Shown here: one piece after another, positions 54,700 through 63,828 of the stretch
Position numbering within the stretch: the stretch's first letter is position 1
Layout: every line of letters starts with the position of its first letter
Origin: a virus
Lineage: Duplodnaviria; Caudoviricetes
Reading direction: 5' to 3' (one strand)
DNA: 63,828 nucleotides
Virus record (IMG/VR): IMGVR_UViG_3300025131_000032
Coordinates: 1-63,828 of that record
The notes under the pieces: model-generated
The model's database searches: none
Told to the model about the DNA's origin: nothing
Seen by the model: the letters and a program-made list of their open reading frames with translations, nothing else
Position numbers and translations under genes: made by a program

Positions 54700-55152
54700 A
54701 TGGCCAACTCAGTCCTAGAAAGCTGCATGGACCAGATCGTCACGCAAATCAATGCGATGTCGTTGGCTGGGCTTGGTGGCAATGGGCTGTGCCAGAAGCG
54801 GATTGCGCCGTGGGACAGGAACAAGATCCACTCGGGGATTACGGTTCATTTACCCGTGCAAGAACATGAGATGCCTGGGACGCACAGTTGCGATGACATT
54901 GCGTACCCGATCCAGGTGACGATTGTCCGCGGCACGTCAGGGTCTGAGGAAAGCACCCATATCGATCGGTTGGCGGTGTGGCGGCAGAAGATCAGGCGAG
55001 AGTTCATTCACCAGCGACTATCGGGCGTTGACACGGTTTACACCTGCCGCGTGCAGTTTGGCCGCGTTTTACTTCCGTCCCATTACAGAGACAATTACCA
55101 CGCAACCACGATGTCAATTGTTTGTATGTCCCGTGAGAGCAGAGGGAATTAG
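54700..55152 (+). CDS. tail terminator/completion protein
   Basis: ~150 aa immediately before the tail tube gene. Confidence 0.5.
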   Translation: MANSVLESCMDQIVTQINAMSLAGLGGNGLCQKRIAPWDRNKIHSGITVHLPVQEHEMPGTHSCDDIAYPIQVTIVRGTSGSEESTHIDRLAVWRQKIRREFIHQRLSGVDTVYTCRVQFGRVLLPSHYRDNYHATTMSIVCMSRESRGN

Positions 55153-55154
55153 AG

Positions 55155-56054
55155 ATGACATGTGGATCAGCGCAAGGCGCCCAGGCAAAGTTCGCAGTCC
55201 AGAATGGCTCGACGCTCAACAGCAGCGGGACCGAGATAGATCTTCTCCATGAGAATGTTCGCCAGATCATACGGACGAAGCATACGGACGGGATCCGCGG
55301 CACACGATCGCTCCACACGAACCGGCAGCGGACAGTTGCCCAGTTTGTGACCGGGAGCTTTGCGTTCAATCCGGCGCCGACAGACCTCGATGTGATCCTC
55401 GAGCTAATCCTTGGGGCCTCAGCGTCTGGTGACACGTTCGCCCTGGCTGAAGACCTGCAGGACTTTGTGATCGGCAAGGATCTGGACGGGGTGCTGTGGC
55501 AGTATAAGCCTTGCTATGTGAACCGGGCAATCTTCCAGGCACGAGCTGGTGGGTTACTGGAGTGCATTATCGAGGTGGTGGGTGAGGCAGAGTCAACGCT
55601 GGCGTCGTGGCTGCCAACAGCCATGGGTGAGACTATCGCTGAACAACCGTTCACCATGGCGGATTCGATGGGTGCTTTGGTGCTGGATTCCAACGCCATC
55701 GAAATGATGTCGTTCCGCGTGACGATCGACAATAACCTGGACATGCGGTTTGTTAATAAGCTGACCCCAACGTCGATCTGCCCGAAGACTCGCAGGACCA
55801 CGTTGGATGTGGTGACGCCTTACAAGTCAACGAACGAGCGGGCGCTGTACACGGACGGAGTGACGGCAGAGACCGGAACCTTGACGTTCACGAACAGCAC
55901 AGTGAGTACGTTGTTCACGTTCGCCTCGCTGGTAAAAGACCCAGAGACGCCGACGATCCCCGGTAAGAAAGAGATTACGCAGCACACTCGATATGTTGCA
56001 TACGAGACTGATGCTGCGAAAGAGCTTGTGGTAACTAGTGACGCTACTGTGTAG
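55155..56054 (+). CDS. major tail tube protein
   Basis: GIRGTRS, V.GSF...P, F.VTIDNNL, P.IPG; followed by the chaperone pair. Confidence 0.75.
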   Translation: MTCGSAQGAQAKFAVQNGSTLNSSGTEIDLLHENVRQIIRTKHTDGIRGTRSLHTNRQRTVAQFVTGSFAFNPAPTDLDVILELILGASASGDTFALAEDLQDFVIGKDLDGVLWQYKPCYVNRAIFQARAGGLLECIIEVVGEAESTLASWLPTAMGETIAEQPFTMADSMGALVLDSNAIEMMSFRVTIDNNLDMRFVNKLTPTSICPKTRRTTLDVVTPYKSTNERALYTDGVTAETGTLTFTNSTVSTLFTFASLVKDPETPTIPGKKEITQHTRYVAYETDAAKELVVTSDATV

Positions 56055-56062
56055 GAGATGCA

Positions 56063-56386
56063 ATGGCAACTGCATTCATTTATGACGGATACACGCAAGA
56101 TGGTTTGGTTGCAGGGTGCGACCTTCACGAAGAGGTTGGGTTTTCATTCCGCCCGATCTACGGCAGTGAGAGAGCGGCTGTTTACGATTTGTGCAGCAAG
56201 ACGACAGGGTTGGTTGGCAAGAATGAGGCCGTGAACCAAGCCCTTTGCGATTCCCTTATCAACTGGAGCCTTGACGGCGAACCTACGCTTGAGTCGATCG
56301 AGCGGCTACACCCAACGGTGAAGCGGAATATGTTCCAACAGGTAATGCTCAACAAGGCAGCGGATGAGGAATCGGCAAAAAACTAA
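56063..56386 (+). CDS. tail assembly chaperone (gpG-like)
   Basis: ends GCA AAA AAC TAA; follows the tail tube gene. Confidence 0.75.
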   Translation: MATAFIYDGYTQDGLVAGCDLHEEVGFSFRPIYGSERAAVYDLCSKTTGLVGKNEAVNQALCDSLINWSLDGEPTLESIERLHPTVKRNMFQQVMLNKAADEESAKN

Positions 56387-56724
56387 GCGGCGGGGTGCAG
56401 TTGGTGATCCTCTACCCCGCATTCGCTAAACGCGATTGCCAAGAGTGTTTGAAGTGGCAAGTCAATGAGAATACAGGTGAGTTTACCACTAACCGGAGTG
56501 GTGAAAGGTTCAGGCGGCATACGTCGGCGTTATGTCAGATGTCGATCGGGTGTCCGAAGGGGACGCCCGAAGCGCCCATGTCGCTGACGAAGCAGAATAG
56601 GCTGGCGTACCAGCACTACAGGGAATGCAAGGCGGTTGGCAGCTTCCCTGATGATGCAGTGGTGCGGCGGAATGCGTTGATTGTCTCAGAGGCAGTTAAG
56701 CGAACAGAGGCACAGAATGTCTGA
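56377..56724 (+). CDS. -1 frameshift extension (gpGT-like)
   Basis: slippery A AAA AAC at 56377-56383; the -1 frame is open to 56724. Confidence 0.75.
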   Translation, partial: KKLSGGVQLVILYPAFAKRDCQECLKWQVNENTGEFTTNRSGERFRRHTSALCQMSIGCPKGTPEAPMSLTKQNRLAYQHYRECKAVGSFPDDAVVRRNALIVSEAVKRTEAQNV

Positions 56725-57298
56725 CTTTTACGACGAAGAAGACGACGAAGGCCAGGACGACTGGGTGGACGACAGCCAGTTCTTCATGGACGAGTCCCCG
56801 CCTGAGATCGATGACGTTGAGTTCAACGATCCGGTGGAGGTTCCGTTTGTGGATGCGGGTATGCCTGAGTTGGAAGCGGCAGAGGTGAATGAAGTCGAAT
56901 TTGAGTTACCGCCCGAAGAATCAAGTGAGTCGTTGCAGCCGTCCCCGGAGCCGGATTTCGCCTCTTCGGTTTCCGGGGGCGCACCTTTTACGCCTGCGCC
57001 TGAGTTATTTGACGAGCGGGCCATGGACCCGGCGGGCGACATGCCACCAAGTGTGGAGTTGGCCTCAAACCCAGAAAAGTTCCCGCTGGAGCATAATGCT
57101 ACACCAGTGGGAGGTAACTCGTCCGAGGAGATTCCACAATCATCAACAACCGCCCTTGATACCGCCGCCGCCGAGGTGTCCTCAACTATGTCTGAGGTCG
57201 AGAATGCGGTTGTCAGTGTGTTGGAATCCATGAGCGGTCAATTCGGGGAGATGGCTGTTAACATACGCCGCCTCGAAGAGGGGAAGTTTGTGCGATGA
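56717..57298 (+). CDS. 193-aa acidic protein at the tape-measure position
   Basis: GAGG RBS; D/E/P-rich N-terminus, helical C-terminus. Confidence 0.6.
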   Translation: MSDFYDEEDDEGQDDWVDDSQFFMDESPPEIDDVEFNDPVEVPFVDAGMPELEAAEVNEVEFELPPEESSESLQPSPEPDFASSVSGGAPFTPAPELFDERAMDPAGDMPPSVELASNPEKFPLEHNATPVGGNSSEEIPQSSTTALDTAAAEVSSTMSEVENAVVSVLESMSGQFGEMAVNIRRLEEGKFVR

Positions 57299-58047
57299 CC
57301 ATCTTCAAATATCGCGGCGTTCCACATCCTGTCAACGAAGTGAACCTCGTCCGCATGCATAAGCGGAAGACGCACACTAAGCGCGGGCACCAGAAGCGTG
57401 ATATCCACACGCTGACGATCGTCGGTGAGCTGAAGACCACGACAGACGGCAGTTTCGACACCCTCCTGGCGGCTCTAGAGGATCAGTATGAGGAGGATGG
57501 CAGGTTTGGGGAGTCTGCAGGTTTGTACTGGGACGATGGTGAGCCAACTCCGCATGTCATCACAGCGAACAACCAGTGCGTGAACGGGATTGAGGTGCTG
57601 GATTTCAGCTACACAGGCAGGGACGGGGCAGAGCTTGCGACTCAGAGGACATTCCAGATCACGCTCAAGGCTGAGTTCTTCGCTTTATCCGGCACAAGTT
57701 ACGGTTCTGGATTAATGGAGTGGTACGAGGAGATTAAAGTGAAGGGCAATGGCGGCCCTATCATTCGGTGGACGACCACGGAAACTGGCGCCCAGGCGAT
57801 GCAGATAACCCAAGAGACTTCTGGGTCGATGGCAACCCAAACCGGCTATGCCGTGATGGCTAGGGGGCCATATATCCTTCCCCCGCCGCCCCGCTGGCCA
57901 TTATTTAACCTGAATAACGAAGAAGAGATTGGCCACGGAAGCGCCCAAAGGCAGGAAATCGCAGTCGTGGACTACCGAACAACGTGGCGATACAAGTTCA
58001 AGGCACCCGTTGCTCTTTCACGTCTAGAATATCCACAAACAAGGTGA
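57295..58047 (+). CDS. tail tip/distal tail protein
   Basis: position; AE.ATQRTF.I...AE, W.Y.F. Confidence 0.5.
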   Translation: MTIFKYRGVPHPVNEVNLVRMHKRKTHTKRGHQKRDIHTLTIVGELKTTTDGSFDTLLAALEDQYEEDGRFGESAGLYWDDGEPTPHVITANNQCVNGIEVLDFSYTGRDGAELATQRTFQITLKAEFFALSGTSYGSGLMEWYEEIKVKGNGGPIIRWTTTETGAQAMQITQETSGSMATQTGYAVMARGPYILPPPPRWPLFNLNNEEEIGHGSAQRQEIAVVDYRTTWRYKFKAPVALSRLEYPQTR

Positions 58048-58050
58048 GTT

Positions 58051-59382
58051 ATGGCTACTAGAACTTGGATTGGCCGAGCGACTAAGGTTGCCCAAGAGGA
58101 CACGATTACCCTTGCCGGGACGTGGGCTGCGGGAAATCAAATTGACATCGACATCGACACGGGCGGGGTGCTGACCCTGATTATTGGCTCGGCAGCGCTG
58201 AATGACATCGGCTCAGACATTGTCTACATGCTGACAGGTGTTGGGTCGTTGGCCTCTGGATCGACCGTGAATGGCACCGGAAACACGCTGGGCGACTTCC
58301 GCCAGTTGCAGTCGGTAACGTACAGCACTACCACCAACAAGGTGACACTTACTGGCAAGGCTGACGGTCGCCCGTTTGCCCTGGCGTTGGTGGAGAACTC
58401 GGCTTCCGGTACGGCAGCGACAGCGACAGCGACTACGGCGAGTGGCCCGCACGATTGGACTGTGGCCCGCAACTGGTCAGGCGACACTGTTCCGACAACC
58501 GGCGACAGCATTATCTTCGACCACCAGAGCCTTGAGGACTTGAAGTACAACCTAGTGGACGGCACCTCGGCCATCGTCAAGATCGACTATTCGTCCGACT
58601 GCAGCGTCAATATCGGGCTTGCGCCAATCAACAACGACGACCCTTCAATGCCGTACTACGAAGGACAGGGCCGGTTTCTGGATGTTGCAGAAGGCGCCAC
58701 CACATGCACGGTTAACATCGGCGTGGAGGGATCTGAGAGCGCCTCTATGGGATGGATGAAGATCGACACTGGCAATGCCCAGGCTGTTGGGACTGTGCGA
58801 AAGACAGCGACTCGTGCCAGCGAGGCGCCGGTTGAGGTTATCGACGGGGCTGGGTCTGGGACAACTTGGACTATCCTGCGGGGTGACGTTGACTTTGCTG
58901 TGGGAGATGCCGAGGTGGCCACAATCACTACCCTTGAAGTGGGGTTTGTTAGTTCTCAGTTGACAGACGCTAAGGTGAATATCGGCAACGGCAGTACGAT
59001 CACGAACCTTAATCAGTCAGGCGGGGCGGTATCGACTCGATCCACGCCCACTACGATCAAGCTGTATGGCGGGACCATGCACTACCAGGACGACGGTGGT
59101 GGCGGCACGTTCTCAGTAGTCCAAGATGCAACTTTGCACTACGAGAGCAGCGGTACACTAACGGCGGGCCACATCTTCTCAGGCGGGATCATCGACTTTA
59201 CTCGAGACCGCCGATCCCGAACGGTAACCGCCATCGATTTATACACCGGCGCCGGATACAAAGACCCATATGACACTGTGACGTTGACAGCCGGAATTGA
59301 CCTGAACGGGCTAGTTATCGATGACCTATCCGTCCTTGAGCATCCGCGAAACAAGAAGATATCGTTCGCAGCAGTCTCGTAA
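58051..59382 (+). CDS. tail-associated beta-helical protein
   Basis: T/G/S-rich; W.VA.NWSG..VP..GD. Confidence 0.5.
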   Translation: MATRTWIGRATKVAQEDTITLAGTWAAGNQIDIDIDTGGVLTLIIGSAALNDIGSDIVYMLTGVGSLASGSTVNGTGNTLGDFRQLQSVTYSTTTNKVTLTGKADGRPFALALVENSASGTAATATATTASGPHDWTVARNWSGDTVPTTGDSIIFDHQSLEDLKYNLVDGTSAIVKIDYSSDCSVNIGLAPINNDDPSMPYYEGQGRFLDVAEGATTCTVNIGVEGSESASMGWMKIDTGNAQAVGTVRKTATRASEAPVEVIDGAGSGTTWTILRGDVDFAVGDAEVATITTLEVGFVSSQLTDAKVNIGNGSTITNLNQSGGAVSTRSTPTTIKLYGGTMHYQDDGGGGTFSVVQDATLHYESSGTLTAGHIFSGGIIDFTRDRRSRTVTAIDLYTGAGYKDPYDTVTLTAGIDLNGLVIDDLSVLEHPRNKKISFAAVS

Positions 59383-59391
59383 GAGGTTTCA

Positions 59392-60999
59392 ATGGCGACT
59401 AAAGGCTATGCGACGTTCGGGAACTACCGGACTATCGGTGGTTACTTCTCAGTGTCTCAGGGTGCGTACCCAGGCCAGGGGGTTTTAGTCACCCCTGCAA
59501 ATTCCACAGTCGCCCAAGAGGCTACACTCACCCTGATCTTCGGGGCGGTGCGGATCAACTTCCCAGGCTCGCGAGTGACTGAGAGTAATTACTTCTACCG
59601 CGACGGGCTGCGGTTGATGCGGCATCACATTCAGGATGGCCGCTGGAAGCTCGCTCAGGCTACTGTGAGCGGCAAATACAACCAGAAGGGTCCGAGCGGT
59701 AAGATTCCGGCAGCACGCAAGAGGCCGATTGAGGAGCTGTTTGGTGAGATCAGCTTCCAGACAGGCGTCCCTATTGATGTTTCTGGGGTGTCCGACTTCG
59801 AGGATTTCATCCCGGTGGACTGGGATCAGACGAATGCTGCGGCGGCGATTGAGTCGCTTTGCGCGTCCACGGGTGTCAGTTTCAATGTGACTGCTTCAGG
59901 TGGTTACCGGATTGACAAGGCGGGGGTGGGTGCGAACTTGCCAGTGGCGCCGAGCATGACGAACGCTGGTCGAACGATGGCGAATGATGCGCCGAAGAAC
60001 ATTCGTATCGTTGGGGCGCCGACTCAGATCCAGACGATGTTCACAATGCGTGCAGTGGGGCTCGACAAGGTGGGGTCTGACGATGATGAAGATGCGTGGA
60101 TGGGGATTGATGCCCTCTCCTACGCCCCATCTAGTCCAGATTACTGGTCAAAGGAGTCGCCAGAGTCGTTCGCTGGGATCGAGCAACCGGGCCGGAACCT
60201 TGCCTTAAAAACAGTCTTTCGGTGCTATCAAATCAAAGACTGGCATCCTCGCCCATTTTCTGGGTTTGACCCGGATGATATCACTAACATCAAGCAGGTG
60301 TTGCCAATCCAAGATCGCCTCCTGGTAGACGGAACTGACTTCCTGCTCCAGCTCGACAGGCAGTCCCCTAAAGCAACGATTCACGGAGTCTTCTCCAGCG
60401 GTAATTTGTTAATGGAAAACACGTCCATGGACAAGGAGATATTCTCCGGGTTCAGTATCAATGAAGACCTTGGCATCATCACGTTTGACCGCCCCGTGTA
60501 CAAGCTCGAGGACGACAGGGTTGTAGAGGCGGAGTTGTTCCTGCAATGCACCTACACCCCGATCCATTACAACCGTGAAGCTGACCGGATTAAGGTTGAG
60601 AGGCAGGTGAATCCAGCAGGCTTGGGGACTGAGGTTGTGCAAAGGAAGGACATCCAGAGCATTATAGTTCAACCATTTCAGTATAACGCGGGCGGGACTG
60701 GTCGGCCTGAGAGCTGGACGCCAATGGGGCTGCAAGATAATTTTACCGAGATGGAGGCAAAGGCAGAGCGATCGATCGACATTCTCGCTGAGCAACACCG
60801 TATCGCTAAGGACGTAGAGTACCCTGGGTTTCTCGCCATTACCCCAGCCGGCAAGATTCAGCGTGTTCGCTGGGACTGGGGGCATGGCGAGGTAGCAACC
60901 ACTCGCGCGAGCTCGGGCTACGACTTTGACTTCTACTCCCCCAGGGCTAAGGATCGCGAGCAGACAATGTTGAATGCCAGCCTGAAGGAGATGTTGTAA
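59392..60999 (+). CDS. tail tip/baseplate hub-like protein
   Basis: position and size; D.RWK, VDW. Confidence 0.5.
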   Translation: MATKGYATFGNYRTIGGYFSVSQGAYPGQGVLVTPANSTVAQEATLTLIFGAVRINFPGSRVTESNYFYRDGLRLMRHHIQDGRWKLAQATVSGKYNQKGPSGKIPAARKRPIEELFGEISFQTGVPIDVSGVSDFEDFIPVDWDQTNAAAAIESLCASTGVSFNVTASGGYRIDKAGVGANLPVAPSMTNAGRTMANDAPKNIRIVGAPTQIQTMFTMRAVGLDKVGSDDDEDAWMGIDALSYAPSSPDYWSKESPESFAGIEQPGRNLALKTVFRCYQIKDWHPRPFSGFDPDDITNIKQVLPIQDRLLVDGTDFLLQLDRQSPKATIHGVFSSGNLLMENTSMDKEIFSGFSINEDLGIITFDRPVYKLEDDRVVEAELFLQCTYTPIHYNREADRIKVERQVNPAGLGTEVVQRKDIQSIIVQPFQYNAGGTGRPESWTPMGLQDNFTEMEAKAERSIDILAEQHRIAKDVEYPGFLAITPAGKIQRVRWDWGHGEVATTRASSGYDFDFYSPRAKDREQTMLNASLKEML

Positions 61000-61688
61000 T
61001 GCCAGACCCCCGTGAACCATTTTTTCAGGAGAGGTGGGTTGCCTGTAAGTTTGTGGACGCTTCAAGTTCACAAGCGGGGAATGTCCAGATCCAGCCTTTT
61101 GGCGCGATGCAGTACACCGGCGTGGAGGTGACCGATGATGGCACTGCGGTGATTGAGGTTAGCAAGGTGATCGATGCCCAAACTGAGAAGATATGCTTCA
61201 ACTCTGGTAGGATTCTCAAGCCTGGCGAGTACGGGATCTGCACGATGACTGGGCCGATGGTCGCAAAGTACAAGAGCGGCTCATCCTCCAGCCAGGCGGT
61301 TGCAGCGGGTGACTATCTTGGCACCGAAGTTGGAAGCGAGGAGCTTGTAAAACGGGGTGGTGGGGCATTCTTGGTGATTGGGGTCTTAGATGCAGATCGC
61401 GAGCTAGCGTTAATAACAGTCCCAGCTGGAATCGTCCTGTACCAGTTCCGGCTCACAACAGCCATGATTTCTGGCCAGTTCAGTTCAGTCTGGAATGCAG
61501 ACGCTGAAGTCTGGGTGGCTGGCGGTACTGGCACCACTGTAGATGCGACCGTCCATGACTACACTGGGATTTTCTCTACCCTCCAGGCTGCGGCAGTCGG
61601 GTACTGCATATTGCAGCTCGGCTCGTACATTGTAATTCAGGCGAATTGCCTGTTTAGTGAGTTCACCGATCCACCGCCAGCCATATAG
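60999..61688 (+). CDS. tail tip protein
   Basis: position; coupled start. Confidence 0.45.
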   Translation: MPDPREPFFQERWVACKFVDASSSQAGNVQIQPFGAMQYTGVEVTDDGTAVIEVSKVIDAQTEKICFNSGRILKPGEYGICTMTGPMVAKYKSGSSSSQAVAAGDYLGTEVGSEELVKRGGGAFLVIGVLDADRELALITVPAGIVLYQFRLTTAMISGQFSSVWNADAEVWVAGGTGTTVDATVHDYTGIFSTLQAAAVGYCILQLGSYIVIQANCLFSEFTDPPPAI

Positions 61689-61699
61689 CGGAGGCCCTA

Positions 61700-62353
61700 A
61701 TGGCTTGGTATCCATGCTGCTGTGTCGAACCGCCGTGTATCCTCTGTGACGAGGCACCGCTGCATAGTACGTCTCAGGACAGCTACACGGTGACCTTCTT
61801 CCCTGGCGCATCTGAGAGCGACATCATTGTTGCTGGCCCAATATCAAATCGATCAAGGGTGTACTCCTGGTCAGGTAACCCCGGCACTCTGTATGCGTGC
61901 TGCTGGGCCTACAACGGCATCTTATCGGACATTACCGGGATCGCAGACGATGAAAACGGGACATGTGATGAGAGTAGCTCTCTTAATGTGAGCCTCTGCC
62001 TTTACTGGTCACCGTTTGATGCAGCAGTTGGTGTTTACGGGCATTACTATTTAGAGGGCTGGCATTGGATGTTAGGAGTTGAATTGCCATGCCCTGGTGG
62101 CGGGCCAGCGAATCGCGGGGCAATAAGGTCACATATTGAGGCAGAAGCCGGCGTGGATGATAGCACGGCAAATTGTTCCCACGAAGCTCCTAATGAACTG
62201 ACGTTTCCTGTGCCGGGACGTGTTGATAACTATGACTGGTGTGGGCATATGGGCGGAATGCTTCCCTCAAAAATAGGCTGCCTCGACGCTGACCGTTACG
62301 GTCGTGATCCTGACTTTCCTTCCTCCACGTTGGCGACAGTTGTTAATGGCTAG
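61700..62353 (+). CDS. Cys-rich hypothetical (tail-associated?) protein
   Basis: GGAGG RBS; PCCC N-terminus. Confidence 0.55.
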   Translation: MAWYPCCCVEPPCILCDEAPLHSTSQDSYTVTFFPGASESDIIVAGPISNRSRVYSWSGNPGTLYACCWAYNGILSDITGIADDENGTCDESSSLNVSLCLYWSPFDAAVGVYGHYYLEGWHWMLGVELPCPGGGPANRGAIRSHIEAEAGVDDSTANCSHEAPNELTFPVPGRVDNYDWCGHMGGMLPSKIGCLDADRYGRDPDFPSSTLATVVNG

Positions 62354-62759
62354 GATGATTCCAAATTGCGTGTTGAAGCGGACTCTTACTGGCAAATGGC
62401 AATGCGCTCATTGCGGATGGCAAACCACCAAGCCTAAGTCGAAGCGGAACTGTGAAGTCCAGTTGCCTAACGTCACCACGGGAGTGGGCCTGGAGTTGGA
62501 GATTGGCTTTAGACGGTGGCGGATTAAGCCAGTACCTGGGTGCTCGTGCAACTCCGTGAGACGAATTATGGATCGACTGGGACCAAACGGCTGCCGAACC
62601 CACCTCCTGAAGCTGGCTCAGATGATCCAGGCCGAAGCAATTTCAAGGAAATACCACCTTGCCCACACGTTTTTAATGGTCCTTGCCGCCAAAGGTGCGA
62701 TTTTGTGGGCGGTGAGGAAAGTTGAGAAAAACAGTAGGCGGAAGAGTTTGTTACGGTAA
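62346..62759 (+). CDS. Cys-rich hypothetical protein
   Basis: CAHCG; G.GLEL....CSCN....MD.LGP.GCR. Confidence 0.55.
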   Translation: MARMIPNCVLKRTLTGKWQCAHCGWQTTKPKSKRNCEVQLPNVTTGVGLELEIGFRRWRIKPVPGCSCNSVRRIMDRLGPNGCRTHLLKLAQMIQAEAISRKYHLAHTFLMVLAAKGAILWAVRKVEKNSRRKSLLR

Positions 62760-62797
62760 AATCAACGCTGTCAATATGGACATAAGGAAATTCAGCT

Positions 62798-63172
62798 ATG
62801 GCCGACGAAATCACTGTTGACCTGGAATTCATCGTCAGCAAAGACCCGTTCTACTTCAAGTACGACCTCGGCGCTCAGACGTATGACCTGTCTGGAGCTG
62901 GTGGCGGGAACCCAGGCTTGGTCTCTGTCGGCACCTCGGAAGAGGACATTGACTTTGGCGATGTCACGGGCGAGGGGATCTTATTCATGAAGAACCTCGA
63001 TGCCGCGTCAGACGTGGATTGGGGCGTCCAAGATACCACGATGAAGGCTATTGGCACGCTCAAGGCTGGTGGCATTCCCGCGATACTCAACATCAAGTCG
63101 GGCACAACCCTTCGTATGCAATCCACTGGCGGCGGCGCTGCCAAGTGTTACATCGGTCGATTCGAGGTATAA
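62798..63172 (+). CDS. small virion protein
   Basis: AAGGA RBS; VGTSEE.I.FGD...G.L..KNLD. Confidence 0.6.
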   Translation: MADEITVDLEFIVSKDPFYFKYDLGAQTYDLSGAGGGNPGLVSVGTSEEDIDFGDVTGEGILFMKNLDAASDVDWGVQDTTMKAIGTLKAGGIPAILNIKSGTTLRMQSTGGGAAKCYIGRFEV

Positions 63173-63175
63173 ACC

Positions 63176-63828
63176 ATGTCGAGAATTCAATCAGGCACCT
63201 TCCCTCAGCGGAAGCGCACTGCGCCTCAGTCACCGTATGGCAAGTTGCCGACGCCTCAGTCACCGTATGGCAAGTTGCCGACGCCTCAGTCCCCGGCTGC
63301 GGGTAATTCGTTCCAGCCTGGGCAGCAGTTCCGGTCTGGTGGGCAGCGTGGTCGGCCACCGGAGATGATGAATCGCCCGCATTATCCCGGCCAAGGGGAT
63401 GGTGCGCTACAGTTTCTGCAGCGCGGCCAGCAACTACCCGGCTATGCGAGTGGTGAGCTGTTTCAGCCTGGCGAGCTCGATGTGATCGACAAGTTCGGGT
63501 GGCCTTATAGCGCACGACCACCCGAGACAATTCAGGAAATGCGGGAGTGGAGCAGGCAGGAAGAGCTGAGAGAGCAAAGGCGGCCAACTATTGACAACCC
63601 CGAAATCGGGTCGTTGGGGTGGAAGCTGTTTCAGCAATTGAAGGCGGATGGAATCGACCCGCGCGAGTTCTTCTCGCCGCGTCGATCGCAGCCTTCCTCC
63701 ATTCACCGCTTCAATAAAATGGAATTTGATCCAACGGGAATTGCACCAGCCAGACCACCGTCGCGTCTGGATGGCGAGGTGTCAATGACGGCCAACCCTC
63801 CACCGTATCGGCCGCAATCTGACCACCG
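63176..63828 (+). CDS. 5' part of an ~824-aa repeat-rich, likely disordered virion/ejection protein spanning the origin
   Basis: ATG at 63176 just after the 62798-63172 stop; MSRIQSGTFPQRK... stays open to the window end and joins ORF 33..1844 in frame. Confidence 0.75.
   Translation, partial: MSRIQSGTFPQRKRTAPQSPYGKLPTPQSPYGKLPTPQSPAAGNSFQPGQQFRSGGQRGRPPEMMNRPHYPGQGDGALQFLQRGQQLPGYASGELFQPGELDVIDKFGWPYSARPPETIQEMREWSRQEELREQRRPTIDNPEIGSLGWKLFQQLKADGIDPREFFSPRRSQPSSIHRFNKMEFDPTGIAPARPPSRLDGEVSMTANPPPYRPQSDH
63807..63828. repeat. terminal overlap (copy 2)
   Basis: exact 22-nt match to positions 1-22. Confidence 0.9.

Noticed and set aside
1-63828. tRNA/rRNA genes, stop-codon reassignment, IS elements
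   Set aside because: No cloverleaf or rRNA signature was seen by eye (tRNAscan not run), long genes are intact in the standard code with all three stops used, and no transposase motif was found.

Overview
The window is an apparently complete ~63.8 kb tailed-phage genome assembled as a circle: positions 1-22 equal 63807-63828, and one ORF runs in frame across the join. The host is very likely a planctomycete, judged from recalled similarity of its SSB, RimI-like acetyltransferases and DUF1580-type HTH protein. Layout: (i) a rightward virion operon at 44.0-63.8 kb continuing to 5.65 kb, with scaffold, major capsid, decoration proteins, TerS/TerL, portal, adaptor, tail tube, a G/GT chaperone with a -1 frameshift, tail-tip genes and two large ejection-type proteins; (ii) a rightward recombination/accessory block at 5.7-17.3 kb with a RecE-like nuclease, SF2 helicase, C5 methyltransferase and HNH; (iii) a rightward block at 17.5-25.2 kb with SPFH, a metallophosphoesterase, a matrixin-type protease beside holin-like genes, and fibre-like proteins; (iv) a leftward arm at 25.4-43.9 kb with a frame-split C5 methyltransferase, many small genes, a beta-clamp-like protein, SGNH hydrolase, SSB and a serine recombinase. 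The most unusual signals are: at least six families of 15-42 bp direct repeats centred on RBS/start codons that bracket accessory genes like cassettes; a 230-bp non-coding CCGA-unit array; an MMP-like protease where an endolysin would be expected; and long-tail assembly genes with no recognisable tape measure. All product calls come from visual motif recognition; no database searches were run.
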